From Deinococcus sp. (GTDB lineage Bacteria; Deinococcota; Deinococci; Deinococcales; Deinococcaceae): DNA of 64,000 bases. The stretch covers positions 1,728,001-1,792,000 of the forward strand of contig OZ253375.1 of NCBI GenBank assembly GCA_965261005.1. Direction: 5' to 3'. Shown in pieces: positions 15,157 through 23,222 of the stretch. A program made the translations under genes and the position numbers. The notes under the pieces were generated by a model. The model had not been told where the DNA came from. It ran no database searches and was given only the letters and a program-made list of their open reading frames with translations. The first letter of the stretch is position 1. Each line of letters opens with the position of its first letter.

Positions 15157-15429
15157 ATGAACGACTTGAGAAAAATGGCGGCGGCGATAATCTTCGGCAC
15201 CCTGCTGTCTACGGCGGGTGCCGTCGGTATGGTCAACATCGTCGTGGACATCAACTCCAGCCAGGGCGTTTGCATTCAGAACGCCGCCGCCATCTACGGT
15301 GATGAGGGCGACTGCACCGGCATGATCCGCTGCATCGCCGGAAATAAGGTCGCCGTGATCGTGGTGGCGGGGCCGGACAGTGACGTGGCGACCAACCACG
15401 TGGACGCCATCGGCGCCAAGTTCAAGTGA
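15157..15429 (+). CDS. Small secreted hypothetical protein (90 aa, 3 Cys)
   Basis: N-terminal signal-like segment, GC3-rich codons, sits in an otherwise empty gap. Confidence 0.6.
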   Translation: MNDLRKMAAAIIFGTLLSTAGAVGMVNIVVDINSSQGVCIQNAAAIYGDEGDCTGMIRCIAGNKVAVIVVAGPDSDVATNHVDAIGAKFK

Positions 15430-15447
15430 GCGCTTTCGAGTGAACGC

Positions 15448-16713
15448 TCAGGCTGGCACCTCCGGCCCGCCGTCCTGGGCGGCGCGCGCCGCCTGCGCCG
15501 CCAGGCGGTTCATGCTCAGGCCCTGCACCACGATGGAAAAGACCACCACCACGTAGGTCAGCGTCAGCATCAGCGAGCGCTGCGCTCCCTCCGGCACGCT
15601 GAAGGCGAGGGCCACCGCGATGCCGCCGCGCAAACCGCCCCACACCATCACCCGGCTGGTAAAGGGCGAAAAGGCGTAAAAGCGCGTCAGCCACCGCAGC
15701 GGCAAGCGCACGCTGAGCGCGCGGGCAAACAGCACGATGACGATGCACAGCGCGCCCAGCGCCACCGTGCCGGGGGCGAAGTTCACCACGATCACCTCCA
15801 AGCCGATCAAGACGAACAGGGCCACGTTCAGCAGCTCGTCGAGCAAGTCCCAAAAGCCGTCGAAGTGTTCCAGCGTCCGGTCCGAAAAGGCCCGCCGCGT
15901 CAAGCGGCCGGTCACCAAGCCGGCAATGACCATCGCCAGCGGGCCGGAGACGCCCAGGGTGAGCGCGAGCGCGTAGCCCCCCGTGACCAGGGCCAGCGTT
16001 AAGAGCACCTCCACCACGTAGTCGTCAATGGGGCGCAGCAACTGGTAGGCGGCCAGGCCCAGCAGCCAGCCGAACAGGACGCCGCCGAGGGCCTCGCGCA
16101 GCAGCAGCTCCGTGAGCGGTAACAGGCCGACCACCGCGCTGTTCCCCTGCACGACCGCGATGATGGCGGTAAAGGCGACCACCCCGATGCCGTCGTTCAG
16201 CAGCGACTCGCCCGCGATCAGGGTCTCTAACCGCGCGCCCACCTTGGCGCGCTTTAAGAGGTCCAGCACCGCCACCGGGTCGGTCGGCGAGATGATGGCC
16301 CCGAACAGCAGCGCCTCGGAAAAGGTGATGCCGAAGCCCAGCAGGTGCGCGGCCAGGTACAAGAGGCCCCCGACCGCCGCGATGGAGATGGCCGTGGACG
16401 CGAGGGCGAAGGTAAGCACGGCCCCGCGCTGGCGGGCCAGCTCGGCGCCGTTCACCTTGAGGGCGCCCGCGAACAGCAGGAAGCTGAGTAGGCCCTGAAA
16501 CACCACGTCGTTGAACTTGATATCGGCGAGCAGGTCGCGCGCCGCCACGGCGCTCGGGACGTGCAGCGCCACCAAGACGAGCACCAGCGCCGACACCCCC
16601 AGCCCCACCAAGGTCACGCCGATGGTGCCGGGCAGCTTCAGAAAGCGCCGGTTCAGGTAAGCAAGGGCCGCCGTGAGGGTGACCAGCAGCGACAGCAAAT
16701 TGAAGGTGCTCAA
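15448..16713 (-). CDS. CPA1-family Na+/H+ antiporter (NhaP-like)
   Basis: FGAIISPTDPVAV, GESLLNDG, WGGLRG motifs, about 12 TM segments. TTG start. Confidence 0.93.
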   Translation of the reverse strand: MSTFNLLSLLVTLTAALAYLNRRFLKLPGTIGVTLVGLGVSALVLVLVALHVPSAVAARDLLADIKFNDVVFQGLLSFLLFAGALKVNGAELARQRGAVLTFALASTAISIAAVGGLLYLAAHLLGFGITFSEALLFGAIISPTDPVAVLDLLKRAKVGARLETLIAGESLLNDGIGVVAFTAIIAVVQGNSAVVGLLPLTELLLREALGGVLFGWLLGLAAYQLLRPIDDYVVEVLLTLALVTGGYALALTLGVSGPLAMVIAGLVTGRLTRRAFSDRTLEHFDGFWDLLDELLNVALFVLIGLEVIVVNFAPGTVALGALCIVIVLFARALSVRLPLRWLTRFYAFSPFTSRVMVWGGLRGGIAVALAFSVPEGAQRSLMLTLTYVVVVFSIVVQGLSMNRLAAQAARAAQDGGPEVPA

Positions 16714-16757
16714 CGGACGGGTTCCAGCTCGAACAATTCCGGTAGGCGGCGCGACAT
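16710..16757 (-). CDS. Candidate leaderless leader peptide MSRRLPELFELEPVR
   Basis: TAAGCT, 6 nt, ATG(16757). Its TGA overlaps the antiporter TTG (TTGA). Confidence 0.5.
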   Translation of the reverse strand: MSRRLPELFELEPVR

Positions 16758-16793
16758 GGGTTCAGCTTATGCCGCTCACCCTACAATGCGGGC

Positions 16794-17078
16794 ATGGTCA
16801 CCGCCATCGTCCTCGTGAACGCCGAGCGGGAGCGTATTCCCGACACCGCCGCCGCCCTCGCGGGCGTCAAGCACGTCAAGGAGGTCTACAGCGTCACGGG
16901 CGAGTGGGACATCGTGGCGATTTTGCGTCTGCCCAGCTACGAGGACCTCGACGACGTGGTCACGGGCGAACTGCGCGCCCTGAGCGGCATCACCCGCACC
17001 ACCACCATGCTCGCCTTTCGCAGCTACTCGGGCGAGTTGCTCGATCAGGGCTTTGGGGTGGGGCTGGAGGGGGAGTGA
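16794..17078 (+). CDS. Lrp/AsnC ligand-binding (RAM) domain protein
   Basis: EVYSVTGEWDIVAILR and ITRTTTMLAF. TACAAT 6 nt before the ATG. Confidence 0.9.
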   Translation: MVTAIVLVNAERERIPDTAAALAGVKHVKEVYSVTGEWDIVAILRLPSYEDLDDVVTGELRALSGITRTTTMLAFRSYSGELLDQGFGVGLEGE

Positions 17079-17109
17079 ACCCCCCTCCCCAACCCCTCGG
17101 AGGGGCTTT

Positions 17110-17487
17110 TTACAGCCGTTCCAGCTTCTCGCGCGTGCGCTCGCTGCGGACGTTGCCGGTGTTGAGGGTGCTGGCCGGCTCCAGCATCATGATCCAGGCT
17201 TCCTCGCCCACGGCGCCGGGCTTGTGCTCCACGCCGCGCGGCACGATCAGGAACTCGCCCTCTTCTAAAATCAGCTCGCGCTCGCCGGGATCGCGCAGGC
17301 CCATGCGCATAGCGCCGCGCACAACCAGGAACAGCTCGTCTTCCTGCGCGTGATGATGCCACTCGAACTCGCCCCGGAACTTGGCGAGCTTGACCAGCTG
17401 ATCCCCCAACTCCCCCACCACGCGCGGGTTCCAGGCGTCCTGGAATAGGCCGAACTTCTGAGCGAGGTTCACCTTTTCGAGCGTCAT
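17110..17487 (-). CDS. Cupin domain protein
   Basis: WHHHAQEDELFLV and IVPRGVEHKP cupin motifs. Confidence 0.92.
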   Translation of the reverse strand: MTLEKVNLAQKFGLFQDAWNPRVVGELGDQLVKLAKFRGEFEWHHHAQEDELFLVVRGAMRMGLRDPGERELILEEGEFLIVPRGVEHKPGAVGEEAWIMMLEPASTLNTGNVRSERTREKLERL

Positions 17488-18032
17488 ACCTTTTCTCCCT
17501 GCGCCGCCTCTTGCATGGCGCTCAGCACGTTCTGCATGTGCTCGTCGAGCGGCACGCCGATCTCCTGGGCGCCCTGCTCGACCTCCTCGCGGTTGACGCC
17601 GGCCGCGAAGCTCTTGGTCCTGAACTTCTTTTTCAAGCTGTTCAGCTCGATTCCGCGCACGTCCTTGTCGGGCCGGATCAGGGCCGCCGCCTGAATCAGG
17701 CCGGTCAGCTCGTCCACGGCAAAGAGGGTCCTCGCCAAGCGGGTGTCGCGCGGCGTTCCCGTGTAGGCCGCGTGGCCCATGATGGCGTCGAGCACCTCCT
17801 CGTTCACGTCGGTGTGGCCGCGCAAGTACATCACGCCCCAGTTGGGGTGTTCCCCCGGGTGCAGCTCGTAGTCGAAGTCGTGCAGCAGGCCGGCCAGCGC
17901 GTAGTCGTGCTCGTCCTCGCCGAAGTGACGGGCGTAAGCGCGCATGGCCGTCTCGACGTTGAGCATGTGGCGCTGGAGGGAGGGGCTGGGGGTGTGCTCG
18001 ACCATCAGGGCGTAGGCCTCGTCGCGGGTCAT
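17484..18032 (-). CDS. HD-domain metal-dependent phosphohydrolase
   Basis: LQRHMLNVE, GLLHDFDYE, LFAVDELTG, SFAAGVNRE. TAGCTT 5 nt before ATG 18032. Confidence 0.9.
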   Translation of the reverse strand: MTRDEAYALMVEHTPSPSLQRHMLNVETAMRAYARHFGEDEHDYALAGLLHDFDYELHPGEHPNWGVMYLRGHTDVNEEVLDAIMGHAAYTGTPRDTRLARTLFAVDELTGLIQAAALIRPDKDVRGIELNSLKKKFRTKSFAAGVNREEVEQGAQEIGVPLDEHMQNVLSAMQEAAQGEKV

Positions 18033-18075
18033 GCTCGAAGCTATCAGCTGCACACGAAGCTGGTGTAGGGCAAGC

Positions 18076-19752
18076 TCAGGCCATGACCGACCCGTTCAGC
18101 CGTTCCTCCACAAAGCCCATCAGCTCCCCCACCGTCCCCTCGTCGAAGGCAAAGCGCGCCCCGGCCGCCCCAAACAGCTCGGGCATCGGCCTCGTGTTGC
18201 CGAGGGCCAGGGCCGCCTTGTAGCGCGTCAGGGCAAGTTGGGGGTTGTCCAAGGCGCCGCGCCACACTTGCAGCGCGCCCATCCAGGCCAGCGAATATTC
18301 GATCAGGTAGAGCGGGATGGCGAAGACGTGGACGAACTGCCAACCCTTGGCGTGTTCGCGCGTGAGGCCCGACCAGTCCACGCCCGCCTCGAAGCGCGCC
18401 GAGCATTCCAGCCACTTGGCGTCTATGTCGGCGATGGTCACGTCCTGCGGCGCCTCGGCGTAGAGCCACTGCTGAAAGGCGTCCCCGGTCGCCTGTGAGA
18501 TGAACTGCCGCAGCACGGTTTCGAGCTTGTTGCGGCGGGCGCGGGCGGCGTCCTCCGGGCTGTAAAAGCCGATTGGCTTCTCCAGCAGCGGCAGGGTCAG
18601 CAGCTCCATCGCCTGGCTGCCGACCTCGGCGAACTCCATTGGCGCCAGCTGGTTCCAGATCAGGTCCTGTGGCCCCCCCGACGCCAGAAAGTGAAAGGCG
18701 TGCCCGCCCTCGTGCATCACCACGCGCACGTCCATGTCGGTGCCAACCGCGCTCCAGTAGATCGCGGGCGTGCCGGTCACGGGCAAGTAGGTGCAGTAGC
18801 CGTAGCCGGGTACCTTTTCCGGCCGGGGGTCGAGGTCGAGGTAGCCCCCCGCCCGCATGGCGCCGAACTGCGCGCCGAGTTCCGGGTCGAGGGCCGTGAA
18901 GATGCGCTGGGAGACGTCCTCCAGCTCCTGTGTGCTTTCAAAGGGCTTCAGCGCCTCGCGGCCCGCCGGGTCGGCCGCCGTGTCCCAGGGGCGCAGGCGG
19001 TCCAGGCCCAGCTGTTCGCGCCGTTCCCGGTAGACCTTTTCCAGCAGCGGCTTCACGAACTGCTCGACGCCCCGGTGGAGTTGCTGGGTGTCCTCCGGCG
19101 TGTAATCAAAGCGGTTCATTCCTTGCCAGATCATGTCGCGAAAGTTATCGAAGCCGGCGTTCTTTGCCAGCTGACGGCGCAGCTCCAGCAACTTGAGGAA
19201 CAGCTCGTCGAGCTGCGGCGCGGCCGACAGCTCGGCCGCCTTGATAGCGCGCCAAGCGTCCTCTCTCAGCCCACGGTCGGGGCCAAGCAGCAGCTTCTCG
19301 GCCTGCGGAATCGGCAGCTCCTCGCCGCGCACGGTCGCGCGCAGGGCGCCGGTGATCTTGTTGAACTCGTTGGAGAGCGTGTGAATTTCGGTTTCGAGCG
19401 GCACGTTCTCCTCGCGGAACAGGGCGGCCTCGCCTTTCAGGCGGCGCAGCATCTGAACGTGCTGGGGTTCGGGGGTCCAACCTCCCAGGGCGAGCAGCTT
19501 TTCCGTGAGCTTCTGATCGGCGCGGCTGATCTCGGGCAGGACTTCTTGCAAGAAGGTCAGGTAGGCGGTTTCAGCCTCTTTATCGCTGGGGTCGGCGTCC
19601 TTGGCGCGTTGAAGAACGGCGTCGGCCTCTTGCACGTCCCTTTGCAAGTTGCTCCAGCGGACCAGCCAATCGGCAACGTTCTCGGGGGTGAGGGCTTCGT
19701 TCGACAGCGTCTCGTAGCGCGGGGCGAGGTCGTGCCAGGTCAATTGCGTCAT
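18076..19752 (-). CDS. M3-family oligoendopeptidase
   Basis: HEGGHAFH zinc motif, EFAEVGSQAMEL, WDTAAD, YLIEY. Confidence 0.93.
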   Translation of the reverse strand: MTQLTWHDLAPRYETLSNEALTPENVADWLVRWSNLQRDVQEADAVLQRAKDADPSDKEAETAYLTFLQEVLPEISRADQKLTEKLLALGGWTPEPQHVQMLRRLKGEAALFREENVPLETEIHTLSNEFNKITGALRATVRGEELPIPQAEKLLLGPDRGLREDAWRAIKAAELSAAPQLDELFLKLLELRRQLAKNAGFDNFRDMIWQGMNRFDYTPEDTQQLHRGVEQFVKPLLEKVYRERREQLGLDRLRPWDTAADPAGREALKPFESTQELEDVSQRIFTALDPELGAQFGAMRAGGYLDLDPRPEKVPGYGYCTYLPVTGTPAIYWSAVGTDMDVRVVMHEGGHAFHFLASGGPQDLIWNQLAPMEFAEVGSQAMELLTLPLLEKPIGFYSPEDAARARRNKLETVLRQFISQATGDAFQQWLYAEAPQDVTIADIDAKWLECSARFEAGVDWSGLTREHAKGWQFVHVFAIPLYLIEYSLAWMGALQVWRGALDNPQLALTRYKAALALGNTRPMPELFGAAGARFAFDEGTVGELMGFVEERLNGSVMA

Positions 19753-19782
19753 GTCTCACCCTATCGTCTCGGGCGTCAACAC

Positions 19783-19811
19783 GTAGGGGAGGGTTTAAAA
19801 CCCTCCCCTAC
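19783..19811. repeat. GTAG-footed perfect palindrome (REP-like)
   Basis: GTAGGGGAGGGTTT-A-AAACCCTCCCCTAC: 14-bp perfect inverted repeat. Confidence 0.7.
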
Positions 19812-19822
19812 AGCGGCATGCC

Positions 19823-21055
19823 TCACCCTACCGTTTCAGGAATCAGGCGCGGCCCATGTTCCCGGCCCCACACGGCCCACACCAAGCTGGCAAAGAGGGT
19901 CACGCCGCCGGCCAGCGTGAACATGACGCCGATGGCGAGCTTGTCCGCAAAGGGCGCGAGCGCCAGCAGCGTGAGCGGCATGCCGATCTGCAAGACCATG
20001 CCCAGGAAGCTGAAGACCCGGCCGCGAAACTCAGGCTCGACCAACTGCATCAGCAGGGTGGGGAAGGACGAGTTGGTCAGGCCCATGCCCAGCCCCAACA
20101 GGGCGCCGAACGCCCACAGGGTCGCGGCGCCCCCAGCAGTTGCCATCAGCAGCAGCGCCCCGCCGATGCCGACCAACCCGCAGAAGATGCCCGTTCTCGG
20201 CGCGAGCCGCGCGCCCAGGGCGGCCACCAGGGCCGAGCCGACCACCACGCCGGCCGTCAGACAGCCCTCGAAGGTGCCGAAGCCCGCCGCCCCCGCGCCC
20301 AAATCGAGCATGCGTTTCGGCAGCAGCATCAGCATCGGGGCGACGCTGGCGTTGATGAAGAGGCCCATCACGGGCACCAGCGTCAGAATTCTTGAGGCGC
20401 GCAGGTGCGCGAAGCCCGCCGCCAAGTCGGCCAGAAAGGGGCGCCGCTCGCGGCTGGCGGCACTTTTCGGCGTGTTCACGAAGGGCAGCAAAGCGCCCAT
20501 CACGAGGAACGTCAGCGCGTCAATGAGCAGCGCCGGCGCGTTGCCGACGCGGCTCACCAACAGCCCGCCGCCCACCAAGCCGATCAGGCCGGCCGTCTGG
20601 GTGGCGGTGCCGAGCAGCCCGTTGGCCCGCACGAGCTGGTCGCGTGGCGCGAGGTGCGGAATCAGCGAACCCGCCGCCGGCCCGTACAGCACGCCGATCA
20701 AGCCGGTCAACAGCGACAGCGCGTAGATCAGCCCGAGGGGCACCGTCCCCGACAGCGCCCACAACCCGACCCTACCCACGATCACGCCGCGCGCCAGGTC
20801 GCCGGCCACCAGGGGCAGCTTGAGGGGAATGCGGTCCACCAGCGTGCCGGCCAGCGGAGAGAGCAGCCCCGGCAACATCGCCAGCGCCAAGTTCACGCCC
20901 ATCGCGCCCGCGCTGCCGCTGATCTCCAACACCAGAAACGAGAGCGCGATGCCGGCCAGCGCCGAGCCAAAAGCGCTCTGCGCGCTGCCCAGCCACCACA
21001 GGATGAAGTTCTTGTTCCAAAGCGTGCCCGGCTGCGTTTGCCCAAGTGCGGTCAT
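19823..21055 (-). CDS. MFS transporter (DHA3/H+ antiporter-like)
   Basis: LWNKNFILWW, GTLVDRIPLK motif A, EFRGRVFS, about 12 TM segments. AGGAGG SD. Confidence 0.92.
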   Translation of the reverse strand: MTALGQTQPGTLWNKNFILWWLGSAQSAFGSALAGIALSFLVLEISGSAGAMGVNLALAMLPGLLSPLAGTLVDRIPLKLPLVAGDLARGVIVGRVGLWALSGTVPLGLIYALSLLTGLIGVLYGPAAGSLIPHLAPRDQLVRANGLLGTATQTAGLIGLVGGGLLVSRVGNAPALLIDALTFLVMGALLPFVNTPKSAASRERRPFLADLAAGFAHLRASRILTLVPVMGLFINASVAPMLMLLPKRMLDLGAGAAGFGTFEGCLTAGVVVGSALVAALGARLAPRTGIFCGLVGIGGALLLMATAGGAATLWAFGALLGLGMGLTNSSFPTLLMQLVEPEFRGRVFSFLGMVLQIGMPLTLLALAPFADKLAIGVMFTLAGGVTLFASLVWAVWGREHGPRLIPETVG

Positions 21056-21096
21056 GTCGGCCTCCTGACCTCAGCGTGCGGCGTAAGCTACTCCAG

Positions 21097-21723
21097 ATGA
21101 CAGGCCCGGGGTTGAGTAGGGCGCGGACGGAGCGGCAGGCCAAGCTGTTGCTCGACCCCGAGCATTACGGCCTGCTGTCGCTGGTCATGCGCGGCGACGT
21201 CTCGGCGGCGGAGGTCGCGCGCACACTTGATTGGCCGCTGCAAACGGCGCACTACAAGCTGGGCAGGCTGGTCGAGGCCGAAATCGCCGTGGTCACGGGC
21301 GAGGAAAAGCGCGCCGGGCGGGCGGTCAAGCGCTACTCAAGCGCGCGGCCCGAGTGGTTCGTGCCGTACGAACTGACGAGCGCGGCGACCCTAGCCGACC
21401 TCGTCGCGGCGCAGTTGGAGCCTCGGATGCGCCGCGTCTACGACCGGATGGCCGAGGAGCTGACACAATTCAGCCCTCATCAGGGCGTGACCCTCAGGAT
21501 GGTAGGCGACGTGCTGACCGTGCGCTTGGCGCCGCCCGGGACGAACGAGGTGGGCGGGTCGTCAACCTCCGCGGCGCTCTCCGGCCTCAGACTCTCCCCC
21601 GAGCGCGCCCGTGAGTTTCACGACAAGCTGGAGGCGTTGGCTCAGGAATTCGTCGGGGCGCCCGATCAGGACGGCGAGGACCACATTCTGGGCCTGTTCT
21701 TCATCCGGGGGAAGCTGGCGTAG
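21097..21723 (+). CDS. Winged-helix (ArsR-like) regulator
   Basis: SAAEVARTLDWPLQTAHYKLGRLVEAE...KRAGRAVKRY and C-terminal LRLSPERAREF. TAAGCT 7 nt before ATG 21097. Confidence 0.82.
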   Translation: MTGPGLSRARTERQAKLLLDPEHYGLLSLVMRGDVSAAEVARTLDWPLQTAHYKLGRLVEAEIAVVTGEEKRAGRAVKRYSSARPEWFVPYELTSAATLADLVAAQLEPRMRRVYDRMAEELTQFSPHQGVTLRMVGDVLTVRLAPPGTNEVGGSSTSAALSGLRLSPERAREFHDKLEALAQEFVGAPDQDGEDHILGLFFIRGKLA

Positions 21724-21728
21724 AGATG

Positions 21729-21751
21729 AAAAAAGCCCGCGCGAGGCGGGC
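21729..21751 (-). terminator. Intrinsic terminator for a minus-strand transcript
   Basis: Minus strand GCCCGC-CTCGC-GCGGGC followed by TTTTTT. Confidence 0.7.
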
Positions 21752-21799
21752 GTATCACACGACGGGCCTAGAGGGCTATGTGCCAGTCAGCTGAGGCAA

Positions 21800-21958
21800 T
21801 TACTTGTCGCAGCCGTGCCTGTACTCCGCCAACCACCGCAAAAGCGCCACGAGGACGTTGAGGATGGTCAGCAAGTCGCGCCACGAAAAGCGGCTCTTCT
21901 TACGAAGGTGCCGCTTGCGTTGCGCGGTCCGACGAGATGGTTTACGATGCTTTTGCAT
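21800..21958 (-). CDS. Small basic/hydrophobic protein (52 aa), candidate type I toxin
   Basis: MQKHRKPSRRTAQRKRHLRKKSRFSWRDLLTILNVLVALLRWLAEYRHGCDK. GGTGA SD-like upstream, own promoter and terminator. Below the ORF-track length cutoff. Confidence 0.65.
   Translation of the reverse strand: MQKHRKPSRRTAQRKRHLRKKSRFSWRDLLTILNVLVALLRWLAEYRHGCDK
21920..21948 (+). promoter_or_regulatory. Putative antisense promoter inside the small ORF
   Basis: TTGCGC (21920-21925), 17 bp spacer, TACGAT (21943-21948). Confidence 0.45.
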
Positions 21959-22098
21959 TGCGCATCACCAGGCCGGACGCCCTCTGATTCAGGGCGCCCG
22001 GCTTCACCTTTCCGCTGCGAGAGCTTCAGGACAAAGGCCGATTCGACGCCCCAAGGACCCTGATTGTCATGTAACTCGCCGCTCGCGCGGGCAAAGTC

Positions 22099-22107
22099 AG
22101 TCTAGCA
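22099..22107 (-). promoter_or_regulatory. Extended -10 promoter for the small-ORF mRNA
   Basis: TG-C-TAGACT on the minus strand. A 6-nt spacer puts +1 at G22092. Confidence 0.55.
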
Positions 22108-22125
22108 AGCGAAACCCCAATCCCC

Positions 22126-23028
22126 TCAGCCCTCCATCGCCTCCCTGACCGCCGCCGCGAAGCCGTCCGGGTCGTCCAACCAAGGGTAGTGGCCGGCGTC
22201 GAGCACGGTCAGGTCGGCGCCGGCCAAGTCTTGCAGCCACTCGACCTGTTCGGGGTAGGAGGTGCGGTCGTGCTCGCCCGCGATGGCGTGGACCGGGCGG
22301 CGCAGGTCGGTCAGAAAGGGGGGGTACTCGAACTCCCAAAAGCCCTGCGCGACCAGGGCCTGCTGGACCTCGGCGGCGCCGAGGAGTTGGGACTCCACGT
22401 CGGCGAACTCCAAGCGCATGCGGCTGCGCGCGTCCTTGAATTGCAGGGCGTTCAGCAGGTCGCGCGCGCCCAGCAAGCTGAAGGCGGCCTCCACCCGGGC
22501 GGCGCCCACCTGGGGATACTGGCCCTCCGGGGTGCGCGACAGAATTTCGTCGCGCGGGTCGCGGGCCGCTTGGCCGCTGATCTGCGCGGCGGAGCGCAGC
22601 AGCGTCAGCGCCAAGTTCGGCAGGTGCAGCCACGGGTTCACCGCGATCACGCGCTGGGTGCGCTTGGGATGGCGGCGGGCGTACTCCAGCCCGACCAGGG
22701 CGCCGAAGCCGTGGCCCAGCGGCGTGAAGCGGTCCAACTCCAAAAAGTCGCGCACCGCCTCCACGTCGGCGACCAAGGTGTCGAGGTCGAGCAGCGGCTG
22801 CGAAAGCGGCGCGCTGCGGCCCGAGCCGCGCTGATCGAGGTAGATCATGCGGTACTGGGACAGCCCCTCGCCGGCCAACTCGCGAAATGAGTAGCTGTTG
22901 TAGCCGGGGCCGCCGTGCAGGTACAGCAGCGGCGGCGCCCCCGCATCGCCCACCACCTCAAAATACAGCTCGGTGTCGCCGAGCGCTTCCAGATACGTCT
23001 CCAGGTGTGTCTCCTCTGGGGCGGTCAT
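22126..23028 (-). CDS. Alpha/beta hydrolase (proline iminopeptidase-like)
   Basis: LHGGPG, DQRGSGRS, LGHGFGA (nucleophile Ser position reads Gly), GHYPW. TAGACT 6 nt before the ATG. Confidence 0.88.
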   Translation of the reverse strand: MTAPEETHLETYLEALGDTELYFEVVGDAGAPPLLYLHGGPGYNSYSFRELAGEGLSQYRMIYLDQRGSGRSAPLSQPLLDLDTLVADVEAVRDFLELDRFTPLGHGFGALVGLEYARRHPKRTQRVIAVNPWLHLPNLALTLLRSAAQISGQAARDPRDEILSRTPEGQYPQVGAARVEAAFSLLGARDLLNALQFKDARSRMRLEFADVESQLLGAAEVQQALVAQGFWEFEYPPFLTDLRRPVHAIAGEHDRTSYPEQVEWLQDLAGADLTVLDAGHYPWLDDPDGFAAAVREAMEG

Positions 23029-23222
23029 GCGGGTAGTCTACCCGCAGAAGCGGCCAAGCTCTCCTTTCCTTTTGCCCCTCCACCTTTTGATGGACGCCCG
23101 CGCCCCCTTATCCCATACGTTCGTGGCGAAATTCTTCGACAAATCTTCACTTGCGCGCCGCTACACTGCCTCAGCAAAGGTGGTATGTGAGCAACTCAAG
23201 TCGCAGTCCAAAAGGAGCACAG

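Noticed and set aside
21804..22148. Plus-strand 114-aa ORF in the candidate type I TA region
   Set aside because: TTG start without SD or -10 and no protein-like features. The minus-strand ORF has promoter, SD and terminator support.
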